DNA of 64,000 nucleotides, taken from the NCBI GenBank assembly GCA_976551045.1, contig CDPCPM010000074.1, positions 12,214,001 to 12,278,000 on the forward strand. Direction: 5' to 3'. Source of the stretch: Glaucostegus cemiculus. Lineage: Eukaryota. A program made the translations under genes and the position numbers. Shown here in pieces: positions 26,801-41,800 of this stretch; position 1 is the stretch's first letter; each line of letters begins with the position of its first letter. The notes beneath the pieces are model-generated. The model was not told the origin of the DNA and did not search any database. It saw only the letters and a program-made list of their open reading frames with translations.

Positions 26801-29800
26801 TGTGCAAGGGCCCAAGGCAACACTTGTGGGCTGCCCTCAGAACACACTTCACAAAAGATGCATTACGCTGTATGTTTCAATGTACATGTGACTAATAAAG
26901 ATATCTTATCTTATCTTATCTTAATAGAACAGGCCATGCCTACTTTGTGCATATAAAAAATCTTTACTCTATTCAGGAGCATGCACAAGATGGAATGAGC
27001 CGGGCAGGTGCTCCCCAAATAACTGCTTCCCTATTGGAACTCCCCAGTAATCAATGAGCACATTAAATGATGGCACCTGTATGTATAATTGTATGGTATT
27101 TGTAGTTAACATACCATTCCAAAAAAAATCTCCCATTTGATACTTCCCACCATACAGGAGCTCCCAGCAGAAGTGAGTTGAGCTCTGGTTTGTAGTTGAG
27201 TGGATAGGGCTGGGGAGAGTGGGCAGAGCAGAGGGAGGATGGAAGAAGATAAAGAATAGACTGGGGAAGAAATTGATTTGATCAGAGAGATGATTATATT
27301 GGAATCAGATATTGGTCAAAGAATGGATCAGGAAAAAGAGGTGAGAGTTTGGCAGAACTGTCATAAGATGGTTGGCCTGCATGCCAAACCATTTCAAGGA
27401 CATCTTGAAAATGATGAACTCTTGGATTCCTTGACCAGTTAAGATTAGATGCCTTTTAACTAATGTTGAATGAAGGCTTCAGCCCTTCAGCATGGTTTGT
27501 TTTGATGTGCAAGGCCCCGCTGTACATGTGCCTCATGGTGCAGAACAACTTTGCCCAAGTGGCTTCAAAGTCTACATTGCATGCCATTTATCTGACCTCT
27601 CTGTATATGCATGTCATGTGGATAGAGGACCCACAACTAATTTAAGGAAAGCTACCCCAGCACATTAACCACTGACTGTTTAGTGATCAGATTTTTTAAA
27701 ACATATGAATACCTGATTTAGTTGCAGGGCTCCACTGGGCCCTTTGAGGCTGCTCACCATTTAGTAAGATTTTGGCTAATCTGATTCTAACCTCAACTCC
27801 ACATTCCTGACTATTTATAGTAAACATAAGCCTCCTTGCTTATAAAGAATCTTTCCAATTCTTCCTTAAAATATTCAAAAATTCTGCTTCCATTACCTTT
27901 GGGGGAATAACTGTTCCAAAGGCTCAAAACCCTCTGAGAGATAAGTTTCAACTCATCCTTTTGGACAGGTGCAAGAGATTGTTAGATAGGCACATGGAAG
28001 AATGTGGAATAATAGGATATGTGGGAGGAAAGAGTTAGATTGTGAGACATTTGAAGGACGGCACAACTTGGTGGGCCGAAGGGCCTGTTTTGTGCTGTAT
28101 TGTTCTATGGTTCTATGGTTCTTGTCTCAAAAAAGCAACCCTTTATTTTTAAACAGTGACCATTCAGTGGTGTAGTATACTGCGCTATGTGTTAGAGTAT
28201 CTCAGCTATTAATCATGCTTCCCTTTCCTCCTTGAAAATATGAAACACTGAAGTCGGCATGGTTATAGTTTGCAGGTAAAATAGTATATATGCCAACTTT
28301 CTGGAATAGGATGAACTGTAAACCAGAAATGTGGCATGCAAATATAGCAAATTTAATATATTTGTGACCAATAAGAGTTCACATTATCTTTCTATAATTA
28401 AGCACATACTCTCCATTTTGCAATTAAGAGATACCTGGAATCTCCACCTGAATCAATGAAAGGACTTTCAAGAGAAAAATTGGGATCCAACAGAAAGCAT
28501 CCGAGAGCACTATGAAGAAAAATCTGTAAGCCACTGCAACTTCACTTCGAATATGTCTTTTCATTTCTGGTGTCTGGATTCCAGTTTTGTGAATAGAATA
28601 AAACATGCTGAAGTAAGAGAAGACAATTATGATGAAGGCAATCAGATTCAAGCCTGAAAAAAAAAGAAATAATTCATTGTCTAAGGATATAACTTAGTTT
28701 AATCATCATTTTGTTTTCATTTATTGCTCATTATGAATACAAAACATAAGTAGATGACCTATTTCAGGCTCTTTCTCATGTCACTTTATAGCTCATAATC
28801 TTCATAGCTGCAATGGAAACTCTCAAGCTGCACATATTAGTCCTGCTGGAAAGTTTATTTATCATAAGCTAAGGATGCACAGCCAATTTCATGGGAATAT
28901 ATGTTGGAAATAAACATGGATTTGATGCATTTTTGCAAAGCAAATGAATTCTGCCACTTCCTGAAATGTCTCTAATGCTTTCTTGTTGCAGTTTCCTTTG
29001 GTCACCTTTTCTCTAATTTCACTTTGCTTCTCTCTTCTCTTTTTGTCTGTTCTCTTATTGCCCTTTTCATTGGGAAATGTTGCATTGTCAGTGGGAATAC
29101 AAACTATTAAAGGCCACAAGTTGCATAGATGGCGAGGAAAACATTGCTCTTATTTTCTCCTTTACCAATTCCTCTTCCAATTGCTGGTGGACTAAATGTA
29201 GCAATTCCAATTGCTGCATTTAGACCTTCCATCTCATCATAATCTCTACTCTTTTCAATTCCATCTACTGATCAATATCCTTTGTCTGTCTTACCTTATC
29301 TTATACATGTTAGAAACAGAAACTTATGTCTTATCAGCATTAAACTTTTCGATTTATCTATGAATGAAAACAAATAATTATGTGGCTGGCTTCAAAGTTT
29401 AACTAGTTTTATATTGAAAATTGAACATTGATCTGAACAAATATCTAGTCACATGCCTTTGTTACTCCAAGAATAAGTCATTAGCTGTAAAGCATTTTGA
29501 GAGATCCAAAGGCTCATGAAAAACACTATAAAATATAACACAATGTTTATTAACAATACCACTTCCGCTGATGTGTAGGAGCTGGGGCAGGATGCATGAA
29601 TCACAGTAAACAATATATACAGTAATTTAGTGAGGAAAAAAGATCCATTTAGAGAGCAGAGGAAACAGAAACTCCAATGACTTCTTTCTATGAAAACTTG
29701 GTAATTTCCCCAGAAAGATGCAATGAGGTGAAGGTAGTTACAGATAAATTGTATACATAAAATCAATATCAGTCATGCACACTAGTATGCTTAGTCTGTC

Positions 29801-32800
29801 TGACTGACAAAGAAAATACCCAAAGTCAATTCCGTAGAATTATTTCCCTATACAGCTTTAAATACAAGTGTTTCTACAGCTTTAAATACAAGTGTTTCTT
29901 CTTCTTCACCTTAGTATTTTTTTGTGACTTGTAGAATATAAAATGAAAATTATACTCATCTTTGTACACTCATTTTCTCATTCAGCTTGCTTAGTTAGAA
30001 ATAGCCACATTAAATGATATAAAGATTACCTCTTAAGCTTTTCAGATTTAATACAAAGCTACTTAAAAGTTCCATGAATGTATTATTCTGAATGGAACTG
30101 ACTGAATAATGTTGAAGCATCCTGGGAAATTTCAAGTATTTATATCTGAACACACTCAAAATCAAGAGTGGGCAAAACTATCAACCTAGATATTTTATTG
30201 AGGAATGCAATACTCTTGTGCAGAAGATGATTAAATTTTCTAAAGAAAAATTATCAGAATTGTGTGTCCGTAAATCTTTGTTGGTTCTCCATGTGTAAGT
30301 TATGCTGACACTGAGGTCATTATATCTGTGCTATGATGATAAATGCCATGCAATGTGCACTTTGCTATCATTCACACAAAATTGTTTGTGCACATGAGGC
30401 TCACAACTGTGAAGGCCGAACATACCATAGCAAGCCTTAACAGGTCAGTTCATAATTAAAGGGAACCTAGATATAACTACTCAGCTGCTGGATTGCCTGA
30501 GTCTTCTACATACATTCTCTGTCGTATAGTTTTTTAAAATTTGCTCCCAACCCAACCCCACCTCAATGCCTCCCTGAACATTTCTGGACTGTAGCCCACC
30601 CCACACCTCCCTATTCCCTGCAAAAACACCTTACTGAACAATCTCCATCTGTCAGCCTGATTGTCTATCTGCTCAGTCGGGCTCAGCCCATCAATTGCAT
30701 GCCTGCCTGACTCTGACCACAAGGAGCAGGTGCATTGCTTACCTGACCCAAGTTTCTTGCCCAGCCTTTTACAATGAACCTCCAGTTGGTTCATCTAAGT
30801 CACAAATAAAGTGGTTAAGGTAATGATTGTTGAGAATTTTAGTAAATGAAATGATAGAAATTTTGAAGGGATTAGGACTTGCATTTTCTGGGACATGTCA
30901 ATAATCTGGACTGAAAAGTGGGGGGCCATGTTCAAGAAGTTTGCTGTTCATACCATAGGTTTCACTGCAATTAATAGTGAAGACGAAGACTGGGGCTACC
31001 AAAAGATATCAATGGATTGGTCAAGTGGCCAAGAAAGTGACAAGTGAATTCAATCCAGAGAATTTTGACATAATGCATATGGAGAGGCCAAACAAGGAAG
31101 GGGAATTCATAATCAATGGTAGGATACTGGGAAGTTTAGAGGAACAGAAGCACCTTGGATTGAATGTGGACAGATCCCTGGTGCAGCAGAGGTCGTTAAG
31201 AAAAATTATGGGATACTTGCCTTTAATGGTTGATGTTTAGATTAGGAAATTATAAGGAAATGCTGGAATTATATAAAATGCTACTTCGGCTACAGCTGGA
31301 GTATTGTGTACAGTTCTGGTCACAGTAAGTATGTGATAGCAATGGGAAGGCACAGAAGAAGTTCATGAGGATGTTGACTGATCAGAAGAATTGTAGCTTT
31401 GAGAAGAGATTTATAAGACTGGAGTTACTTTCTTTGAAACAAAATAAACAGAAATTTAGCCAAAGTATACAAAATTATGAGAGGAAGATGGAGAGTCAGG
31501 AATGAAATATTTCCCCTAGCAAAGTCAACAACTAGCCTGTAAATTGCATCACAAACCATCCATTTTGTAGGTGCCTCCTGGTTCAGTTTTCAACATTAGC
31601 TGGAATAGATTACAATGATGATCATTTCAGTGAGAAACTTTGCCAGGCATGGAATTGGATTTGGTATTTCATGTGCTATTCACATTACCACACCCAACAC
31701 TTTTCTGACATCAGTCAAGCATGCACATGTATAATTGTTCACATGATTCCCACTTCCATCCTTCTCAACATAAATTGTACTGTCATTGAATTGTCCCACT
31801 GAAACTAGCACATATTATACTACTTTGGTGCATTTTTAGCTGTTTATAGGGAGACTGCTGACATTTGGAGACTTGACTAGGCACTTTCAAAATTGGCTAT
31901 GGTCTGCTCAAACAGAGTGTGTTATAATCAACTATGAATGCATTTTACAGAATTTAACTGCTCTGATATTACTAGCGTCATACAAAACAGAAATAGGCCT
32001 TTTGGCCATTGAGTCCGCACTGCCAATCAAGCACACATTTACATTAATGAGACACTAAACACATTTTATTTTCCTTACATTCCCATCAATTCAGTTCAGA
32101 TTCTACATCCACCTGCAATTTACAGTAGCCAGTTAACCTACCAATCAACATGTCTTTGGGATGTGGGAAGAAATTCATGGTTACTGGGAAAGCATGCAAG
32201 CTCCACTGGAGGCACTGCTATAGTCACGATGGCTCACCTGGTGTATTAGGGACTTTGGGATAGGAAGCAAAGACATACCCATTAGCAAAATGCCTACCCT
32301 CAGAGTCTTCAGAGACTGGCTAATATCGCCATATAAAAGGTATTAGGGCATGAATGACATGATAATTGCATTCTCCTGGAACTCATTTTCATTTTATGGG
32401 GTCCGAGAGAAGCTCCTCAAAAGTAAAGACAATAGATGGGATGGGGTTTATTCAGTGCCTGTAGTGCTTATTGCACATAATATTTTTGAACAGCTAATAT
32501 TTTTGAAGGCTCATAATTAAACCTCAAAGAAGCTTCTAATCATAAATGATACAAAAGTACCAGAGATCCTGAAAAGCAAAAATAAAATATTGGAAATATT
32601 TTCAGCAAGTTAGGCAGAGTGTCTAGAGAACAACAAAATTAATATTTCAGGTAGATGACCTTTCACCAGAACTGGAAAAAGAGATAAATGCTACACAGAA
32701 GGGTTGGAGGTGATGCAACAAGTGAGAGAGGAAAGAACAGAAAAGAAGCTCTGCAATGGTGTGGAATTAGGAGCTAAGGATAATTGCAACATTGCACACT

Positions 32801-35800
32801 TTGTCAATCACTATTGTATAAGGCAGATTGATAATTTCTTTACACATAAAAATGTGCACATTTCATTCCTTCTTGCTCGAAGGCAGCCAGTGGAGCAGGA
32901 TTCTTTATGATGTAGGGTATCATTGACTGCATGCACATCACCTTGCAGAACTGCACGTCAATGCAGATGTCCCTATTTCCTCAACATGTGGCTGGCAGCT
33001 TTCATAATGTGTTCATTATGCAGTAGTTTCCACAATAAAGCAAATGGTAACTACTCTCTGCACTGTTACTTTGTTGTGATGGTGAAACTTGCTTTTACTA
33101 ATGAATCTAAGAATGATACAGTCAGGGGTTTTGCAATCCTGGTATGGCCTCCAGTTGTGGTAAGGTCATAAATGAGTTACCAGGAAAGGTATGATCCATT
33201 ACAAAGATCTCAACAGCATGGTAAGCAAAAGGAGTAGGGCTACCTCTCAAAAGATGAGGAGATGAATGAAGACTGTGTAAGCTCCAGGTCATATCAGTTG
33301 TTCTTGCCACTGGATGCAGGAACACTTCCACAAGTTTTTGTGCAGCTGTTGTTGATCAACAGCTCCCTAACACTAAGCAACTCAAGATCTGTCTTCTTTT
33401 ATAGGAGATCTTTTATTTCCTCCAGCCCCCCCCCCCCCCACCCCAACCACCAGTTCCTGTAAATGGTAACAAAAACAGTTGAAGTAGTCACCAGTTACAA
33501 ACTACATGCAGGTTGTGACCACAAGAGAATTATCTGGCATATGACTTAGACTGGTTAGTGAAGGACTTTGGTCTGTTGTGACACAAATGAGCAGAACATT
33601 TTAGGAACCTCTTCTTCACACACACGCACACACACACACACACACACACACTCACTCATATATATAGGGCCTAGAAATGATGCACCAAACAAAGGCCACC
33701 TTACCAGACCCAAAATGATAAATTATCTGCCAGCATCAATCTGCCAGTAGCTGAAAAGCAAAAAATATTTCTTCCAGCCAGGGATGACCATACCCCACTA
33801 GGTCATACAAAAGGTGAAAGGTCCAGGTGCAGCACAGAAATTGTTGCTTGAAGTGTGTCAGCTATGTCACTGCTTTCAGCAAGAAAAGATGTGCAGGTAA
33901 AGGTTATTTGAGAAAAAATGGTGTCTACACCTTTTAGAAAGGAAGGGCAGCAAGCAATAGGCAAATATATGGTGTGGCTTTGGAACCAAAGCCACACCAC
34001 ATATTTGCGCTCCCCATGGGTTTTAATGAATGCCTCATGACCTTTTGCAGCCAACTGGACAACAAATTTTTATTGCAGGTAAAGACCAGAAGGTAAATTA
34101 CAATGGTCTCATCGCAACTGCAATTAACCCTGCCTCTAATACCATATGTAACATCAACCAACATGCTTCCTAGACTCAGTATCCAAAGTACTCATAAAAA
34201 ATATAATCTGTGGAGGAGATCATCCTCAACCATGGATTAATTGCTGATGATATTAACTTTGGGGTGACAAGGATAGCCTGCAGACAAGTTTTTCACCAGC
34301 ATTATTAGTAGTACACATCAATGTTAGACACCGAAAACAAACAGAAGAACAGAAAGATTCCTTCCATGCTGACTTTTACAACATTCCAACTACAGATAAT
34401 TCAATCCTTTTAGGGAACTTAACTGCAAATATCAGCTAATGGAAGGAAGTTGTAGGAAAGACCAATTTCTGATGGCACTTTGCATTCAGTAAATGTGCAA
34501 AGCGCAGTCTCATAAATACAATCCTCAGAGAAAGCAACAAATACAAAACAGCTTTGAGGTGTGACCATCTTGAAATATTTTGTCACTCTCTGACTGCAGA
34601 TTAAGGCTTGAAAGAAAATTACAACTGTCACATAGCAATTGTGATTAACCCTGCTTCTAATACCATATGTAATCTCAACCAACATGCTTCCTAGACTCAG
34701 TATCCAAAGAACCCATAAAAACTATAATCTGTGGAGGAGGTCATCTTCAACCATAAATTAATTGCTGAGGATAGCCTGCAGACAGCGTAGCACAACTCAC
34801 ACATAGTTGGTTAGCATGCATAAGAAAGAAAACTACCATTTAAATTGTGATGGAGTGGACCACTAACATGCAAAATACTTAGGCTTCTTAGATTGTTCTG
34901 CAGGAGCCAGCTCTCAATATTTGCAAGAGTCGTGCGGATCTGTGGTATGCCATAGAACCTCATCATCAGCCAGACATAGCTGGCTATATGGCAAGTAACC
35001 GTGGAAGAGGAGGAAGGGAGAAGGCAACCTTGACCCTTTCCGGACAGGCTGACCATAAAAATTGACCAGACTGCTACACCAGTAAATACAACCCTAATCA
35101 CCAACAGTCCCACTCTTCTACCACCATCTTCCCAGACTGCAGTTCCATGCTTTCTGAAAGGAGACGATGACAAAGGTAAAATTGTGGTGAGTGGAGGATA
35201 AGGAATGTAAGATTTCCATGGTTACCTCATCTCAGCTTGTAATCAGCAGAGGCTGAGGAAAGAGGGATGTACAGAGGGATTGGTTTCAGGCAATGCTAAT
35301 ATCCAACAAGAGAAAATCCAGCTATCACCACCTGACATCTAATGGCATTATCATTACTGAATTCCCCCCATCAGTATCCCAGAGGTTACCATTGACCAGA
35401 AACTGAACTGGAGAATCCATACACACAACATGGCTAGGAACCCTGTGGCATGTAACTCACCCCCCTAACTCCCCAAAGCTTGTTCACCATCTACAAGGCT
35501 CAAATTGGGAGTGTGATGGAATACTCTCCACTTGCTTGGATGAGTACAGCTTCAACAACATTTAAGAAGCTTAACATCACAGGGGATATTGCCGCCTGCA
35601 TGATAGGAACTCCATCTACAATCATTCACTCAGTCCACCACCAAAGCACAGTAGCAGCAGTTTATATCATCTGCAGGGTGCACTGCAGCAACTCCTTAGA
35701 AAGCACCTTCCAAACCCATGACCACTGCCATCCAGAAGTACCAAGGCAGCAAAAGCATGGAACACCACACCTGGAAGTTGCCCTCCAAGCTACTCACCAT

Positions 35801-38800
35801 CCTGTCTTGGAAACGTATCATTGTTCCTTCACTGTTGCTGGGTCAAAATCCTGGAACTTCCTCCCTAAAAGCATTATGCTGGCTCAACCTGTGAAGCTCA
35901 CATCCTTTAAATGAATAAAAAAAAGGGGAATAGGTGGGATATGAAAAGGAGGATGAGTTTTATGTATACCATCAATTGTCCTAGCCCAGTAGATGGCCAT
36001 GGACTTTATCATGATCCCTCAAATTACAGTGCTTAAATTTCTCTTTACCCTCTGCAGAGTCTCCCCACAGTTTACTCCTGCTGTTTCTGATTATGTGCCA
36101 CCTTGTCCTGCAAGAGAGAATTGAGCTGTGTCAGTGTGGGTTGAAAAGTGCATCTTGATGATGTCCATAGATTAAGAACTATCAGTGGATTCAAGCTATG
36201 AGATGTAGATATGTGTCTTGCAGCAGTGTGAAGCAAGCCTATGAATGTTACATTTGAGTCCTGATTGACAGAGAAGAATAATGACTTTAGCAGTATGTGA
36301 GGTTAGTGGTGTACTTGGTGAGTTGTGACACTTGAAATGCAATTACAGTCCTTGCTCACTCATGTCAGGACATTGAACTTCTTGCACCACTTCAAGTAGG
36401 TTATTGGGCATGGTCTTCTGGCATTGAACTCTGCAGCTACATGCTCCCATTACCTTCTGAGTTTTTGTCAGATGGATTCCATAAGCTGGTTCAGGTGGAT
36501 CACACTTCTGCTATACACTTCCTCAATCAAGACCTTCAGTGGAAAGTCTCTAGCTGGTAGTGCTATTCTTCAAATGTCTTCTATTATAGGACCAAGTTCA
36601 GAATGCCTGATAGTGGCTGCTGATGCCAGTTGGCTTTAAGCAGTGCAGACTAGACTCAAGTTCTGATGGAAAATCATTGACCTGAAACATTAAATCTGTT
36701 TCTCTCTCTACAGTTGCTGCCTGACCTGCTGACTATTTCCAGCATTTCCTGTTTTCGTTTTAGCTTCAAGCAATGCTAACTACTTGTGATATTACCCTGC
36801 TGCTGAGGGACACAGCTGGTAAACTAGTTTTATAATAATGTTTGCAGAGTGAAGTTTCAGGGTTCATGAGTTTTCATGTTAAGAACAAAAGGACTTATAT
36901 TTATATAGCACCTGTACCAAGGATACCCCAAAATGCTTCACATTCAGTAAATGTAGCCACAGGTGAACAGTAAACATCAGTTAATTTGTGCATAGCAAGA
37001 GGCACAAACAGAATGAGGTAAACGACTAAATAATCATCTAATGGTGTTGCTTGAGAGACAACTGTTGGCCAAAACACCAGGAGAACTCTCCTGCTCTCCT
37101 TCCAGTAGTGCCACAATATCTTTTATGTCCACCTAAAAGTTCAAAGAGGATGATGGTTTAAAATCTCAACTGAAAGATAACACATCTGGCAAGGCACCAT
37201 TTCCTCAGTTTGTACTGCCGTACCAGCTCTTCAGTCAGTTTGCAGACCAAAGGATTTCTGGGAATACTTCACCTGTCCTTATTATCTATCAAATATAGCT
37301 TTCTGTCTCAGTAATGGCTGTGTCTAGTTAATAAAAATTAATCATGAAACTATTTAAAAAGTCATACCAAGGAAGATTCCGATGGAATAGCCTTTTGCAG
37401 CATCCTTTTCAATTTGGTCTGCATAAAGAGGAAAGCAAACCCCATTTCTTCCATAGTAATTTCCAAATGTATCTTCATTCCAGAGTGGAATTGTAGCAAT
37501 AATAAATCCAATAAGCCAAATGGTAATGAGTATTGTCAAAGTCTGTTGCTTTCCTGGTTTGATGTTACTGAATGGAAAGACGATGACCACATACTTCTCC
37601 AAACTCAGATAAGTCAATAGCAAAACTGAAACTTCTGTAGAAAGCATGGCCAGAAATCCCATCATTCGACACTGGACACTTTCCATCCATTGATGTGCAT
37701 GTTTGTTGTACTCCCCACGATATTTGACATCGAAAATTCCAACAAAGAATAGATATACTCCCATCAAACAATCAGCACCTTGTATGCAAAAAAAAAGAGA
37801 TGAAACATACATCTTTGCTATATATATTATATTTTGTAGCAATATGAAGTTGAAAACTTTGCTGTAAAATATAGAAATTGTACAAATTTGCAAAACCTAT
37901 CAGGACCTCCAGAAACCTTGAGCTTATTAGGTGTGTCTTGTACTGTGGGAACATTTGTTTTCTGAGTACAGATCATAGAAGATTGGGAAACTGAATTTGT
38001 TGGTTCCCCAACCTTTCTGTATTTTATTGAGCTTTCCTGGGATTGATGGGTCCATGCCAAATAAAACCCATGTTAAGCACTCCCACTCCAGAAATGGAAA
38101 GAGGCAATTTTACATTTACTTTGTTAATGAAATCATACTCTGCAAATATTGCTCAATACACAATTATATCAAGACATCTTATCACATTAACTTAATATAG
38201 AAAAGTTATGAACTATATTATTATTTTATTACTGCTAATGAATTTCATTGTCAGAAATAGCAAATCATATAACAATTGCTATTTTAATTTAAAAAAACTA
38301 ACTTTTTGCTAACTCACAGATAAAGGAAATGTTTTGGCCCAATGCTTTTCCATCTAGCTTTGGAAACCAAGCCTGTACTTCCAGATGAGACAGTTACATA
38401 TGCTTTCTCTGACCAATACTGCTAGATTGTCAGCAGTTTTGGCTTAATGCATTTATATTGCCAGACACATTTTGCTCAGGAGTGAGTACACAGAGAAGAC
38501 TGCTATTTTGTCAGCAAACCCCAACCCCGGCTCCCCAATCATCTAGCCAACCCTGATATGTTACCACTCTAGAGCTAGGATCACAATCAAAATGATTGCT
38601 ATTCTAATGCATTAATTTCATTCCAGCACACCCTTTAACATGTATTAGAATCTACAGATATTTACCTATTAAAATTTTAGTTAAATCAGGTTACCAATCA
38701 AATTAACTACCTAGTCCTGCTGACTTCTTTTGCCACATCATGTGATTTGATAATATGTTATAAAATCTAACAATGACTCATAAATTCTAATGGTCATTAC

Positions 38801-41800
38801 CTCAGAATTATTCTAGTATCACATTCATGAGCATCCTCCAATAGTAACTCCTTTGGTATATGCAAGATTAAGCAGAAAACACCTAATTAATATTGGACCT
38901 TTCATTTGGACGATGATCTATCTGCATCTTAAGATCATCCAAATGTATTAATCCCATAACATTTAAAAATTGTTCCAATTAAAAATCTACCAATCAATCT
39001 CTGTTTTAAAGTTTTTTGTTACTATAACATCAATTGCTAATTTTAGGGGTAGAGAAAGATTTCCAGATATCCCCCTATCATGATATTAGAGTTATTTTCT
39101 TGAATAACTTTTGACTATTTTTAAGGTTATGGCCTCTTACTGTATCTTCTGCCACCAGAGGAAATTCCTTAATTGCCTTAAGTACCTCAAGTAAAGAGCC
39201 ATAGTGTCATACAGCACAGGCACAGGCCCTTTATTCCACCATATCCATCAAGTAACTATCTATACTAATCCCATTTACCAGCAATTGGTGCATATGTTGG
39301 TCATGTGTTAGCCATTCAAGTTCTCGTCCAGCTACTTTTTAAATGTTGTATGAATGTCTGCCTCCACCATGCACTTAAGCAGTGTATTAAATCCACTTAC
39401 ACTACATCAACTGCACTGCTCTCACTAATGCATTTAGTTGTCCCCCTAACAAAACTGTACTTTGATTATTGCCTGCCTTTCCAAGTACAGATGAATACTC
39501 TCGCTCAGAATTTTTTCCAATAATTCCTATGAAGTCACCACTTATCTCCTACATTCTAAGGAACATGAGGCTATGCAGCTTGCCCTCACATGGTCCCAGC
39601 ATTATTCTGGTGATTCTGTGTTACAGCCCAAGATAAATACATCCTTCATGGGGTGTGGTTCACTGACCTGAATCAAGTAAAGTCCAGTTGCACAGTTACT
39701 CTGTCTCTAATAACAGATTATAGTAATTTCTCCAAAGTGAACATTAGGCTAATAAACCCAAAATTTACTTGTTTCTCTCTTCTAGCCTTTTTAAAGAATG
39801 ACATGAGATTGGCAGTTTTCTAATCAAAAGAACTTTGAAAGATTTTGGCAGAATTGAAAATCAACAGAACTTTGAAAAATTTTGGCAGAGGAATCAAAAG
39901 TTCTTCACTGACTTATTTAACACATTGGGTTATAGACCAAGAAGTCTGGAAATTTGCTTAAATTTAATCTCATTAGTTTCTCAGTCACATTAAAAAACAT
40001 ATCAATTCACCCAAGAATATAAAGTAGCTATTAAGTCCATTATTTTCTGATTTCCAATTACACTATTATTTCCTTCACTCTCAAAATGCTCACATATATT
40101 TTAGCCACTCTCTTATTATATTTGAAAAATCTTAAGCACTGTTTTTGATATTCTAAAGAAGCTTTTGCTTATATTCCCCCTTTCCCCCCATTAGAACATA
40201 GAACGTTATAGCACAATACAGGCCCTTTGGCCCATGATGTTGTGCTGACATTTTATCCTGCTCCAATATCTAGTTAACCCTTCCCTCCCACATAGCCCTC
40301 TATTTTCCCACCATTCATGTGGCTATCTAAGGGTCTCTTAAATGTCCCTAATGTATCTAATCCCACAACCTCTGCCGGCAGTGTGTTCCAAGCACCGACC
40401 AATCTCTGTGTAAAAAACGTACCTCTGACATCCCCTTATACCTTCCTCCAATCACCTTAAAATTACACTCCCTCATGTTAGCCATTTTTGCCCTGGGAAA
40501 AAAATCCCTGACCGTCCACTTGATCTATGCCTCTTATCATCTTGTACACCCATATCAAGTCACCTCTCATCCTCCTTCTTTCCAAATAGGAAAGCCTTGG
40601 CTCACTCAACCTATCCTCATAAGACATGCTCTCCAATCCAGGCAGCATCCTGGTAAATCTCCTTTGCACAGTCGCTAAAGTTTCCACATCCTTCCTATAA
40701 TGAGGTGAACAGAACTGAACACAATACTCCAAGTGTGGTCTAACCAGAGTTCTATAGAGCTGCAACATGACCTCAAGACTCTTGAACTCAATACCCTGAC
40801 TAATGAAGACCAATACACCATACGCCTTCTTAACAACCCTAATGACCTGTGCAGCAACCTTGAGGGATCTATGGATGTGGACCCCAAGATCCCTCTGTTT
40901 GTCCACACTGCTGAGAGTCCTGCCATTAACTTTGTATTCTGCTTTCAAATTCAGTCTTCCAAAGTGCATCATTGTTGCCACTTTTTTTTTATATCCTTAT
41001 TTTGTTCTTGACAATCTTTCCAAATCTACAGGAGGGCCGCAAATTTATTTGTTTTGGTCTTTTAGTACTTTTATTTTATTTCTCACTATCCTTTTCCTTC
41101 AATATTAATTATAAGTAGGCACAGTATTGCATTCTACAAAAATATTATTTTAAACATCCCCCATAGTTCATTTGTACTTCAATAGTTTTGAAAACTTACT
41201 GTAGTTAATTCCCCTCTTGCAACCCTTGCAATTGTCCAACCCTTGCAATTGAGCTTCTGAAGTTACTTCAGGTCCCTCTAAGATGAAGGATGCAAGAAGT
41301 CTTAATGCAAAAAAATCCCTATTCCCATCTCCATCTCTGCTTCCTCCTTTTACTGAGTGTTTTGAATGCTAACATTTATATTTCAAAATCTATTTTTGGC
41401 ATTTTCCACTGCACTTCCAGGGTAGAATTTCAGGTCCTGTCTTACTCAGTGATAGATGGCAGGCTAATGTGAAAGAGCTTCAGGAATAAAAGTTTTACCT
41501 GCTATATTTTTACAAGACTCTTAAAACCAAAAAGTAATACTTACAGCATAAAATTTTTATGGACATAGTATGAAGTTTATTTTCAGCTCGAATAAGTGAC
41601 CTCATAAAAATGACAAAAAGGTTCCCAAAACATGTGAGACAAGCTATGATCCAGACAAAAACTCTGAGGATGATATTTGCTAGTAGGTCTTCAAAAGAAG
41701 ATATGCCATCTGTATTTGGTTTACAACTCCGTACATGAGGAGAATATGCACAGTACTGAAACTTATAAAAATATCTGTGAAAATAAGGAGTACAGGTAAA

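Noticed and set aside
37779-37893. N-terminal extension of the 179-aa ORF (MQICTISIF...)
   Set aside because: Intronic read-through upstream of the true acceptor; receptor homology starts at ADCLMG.
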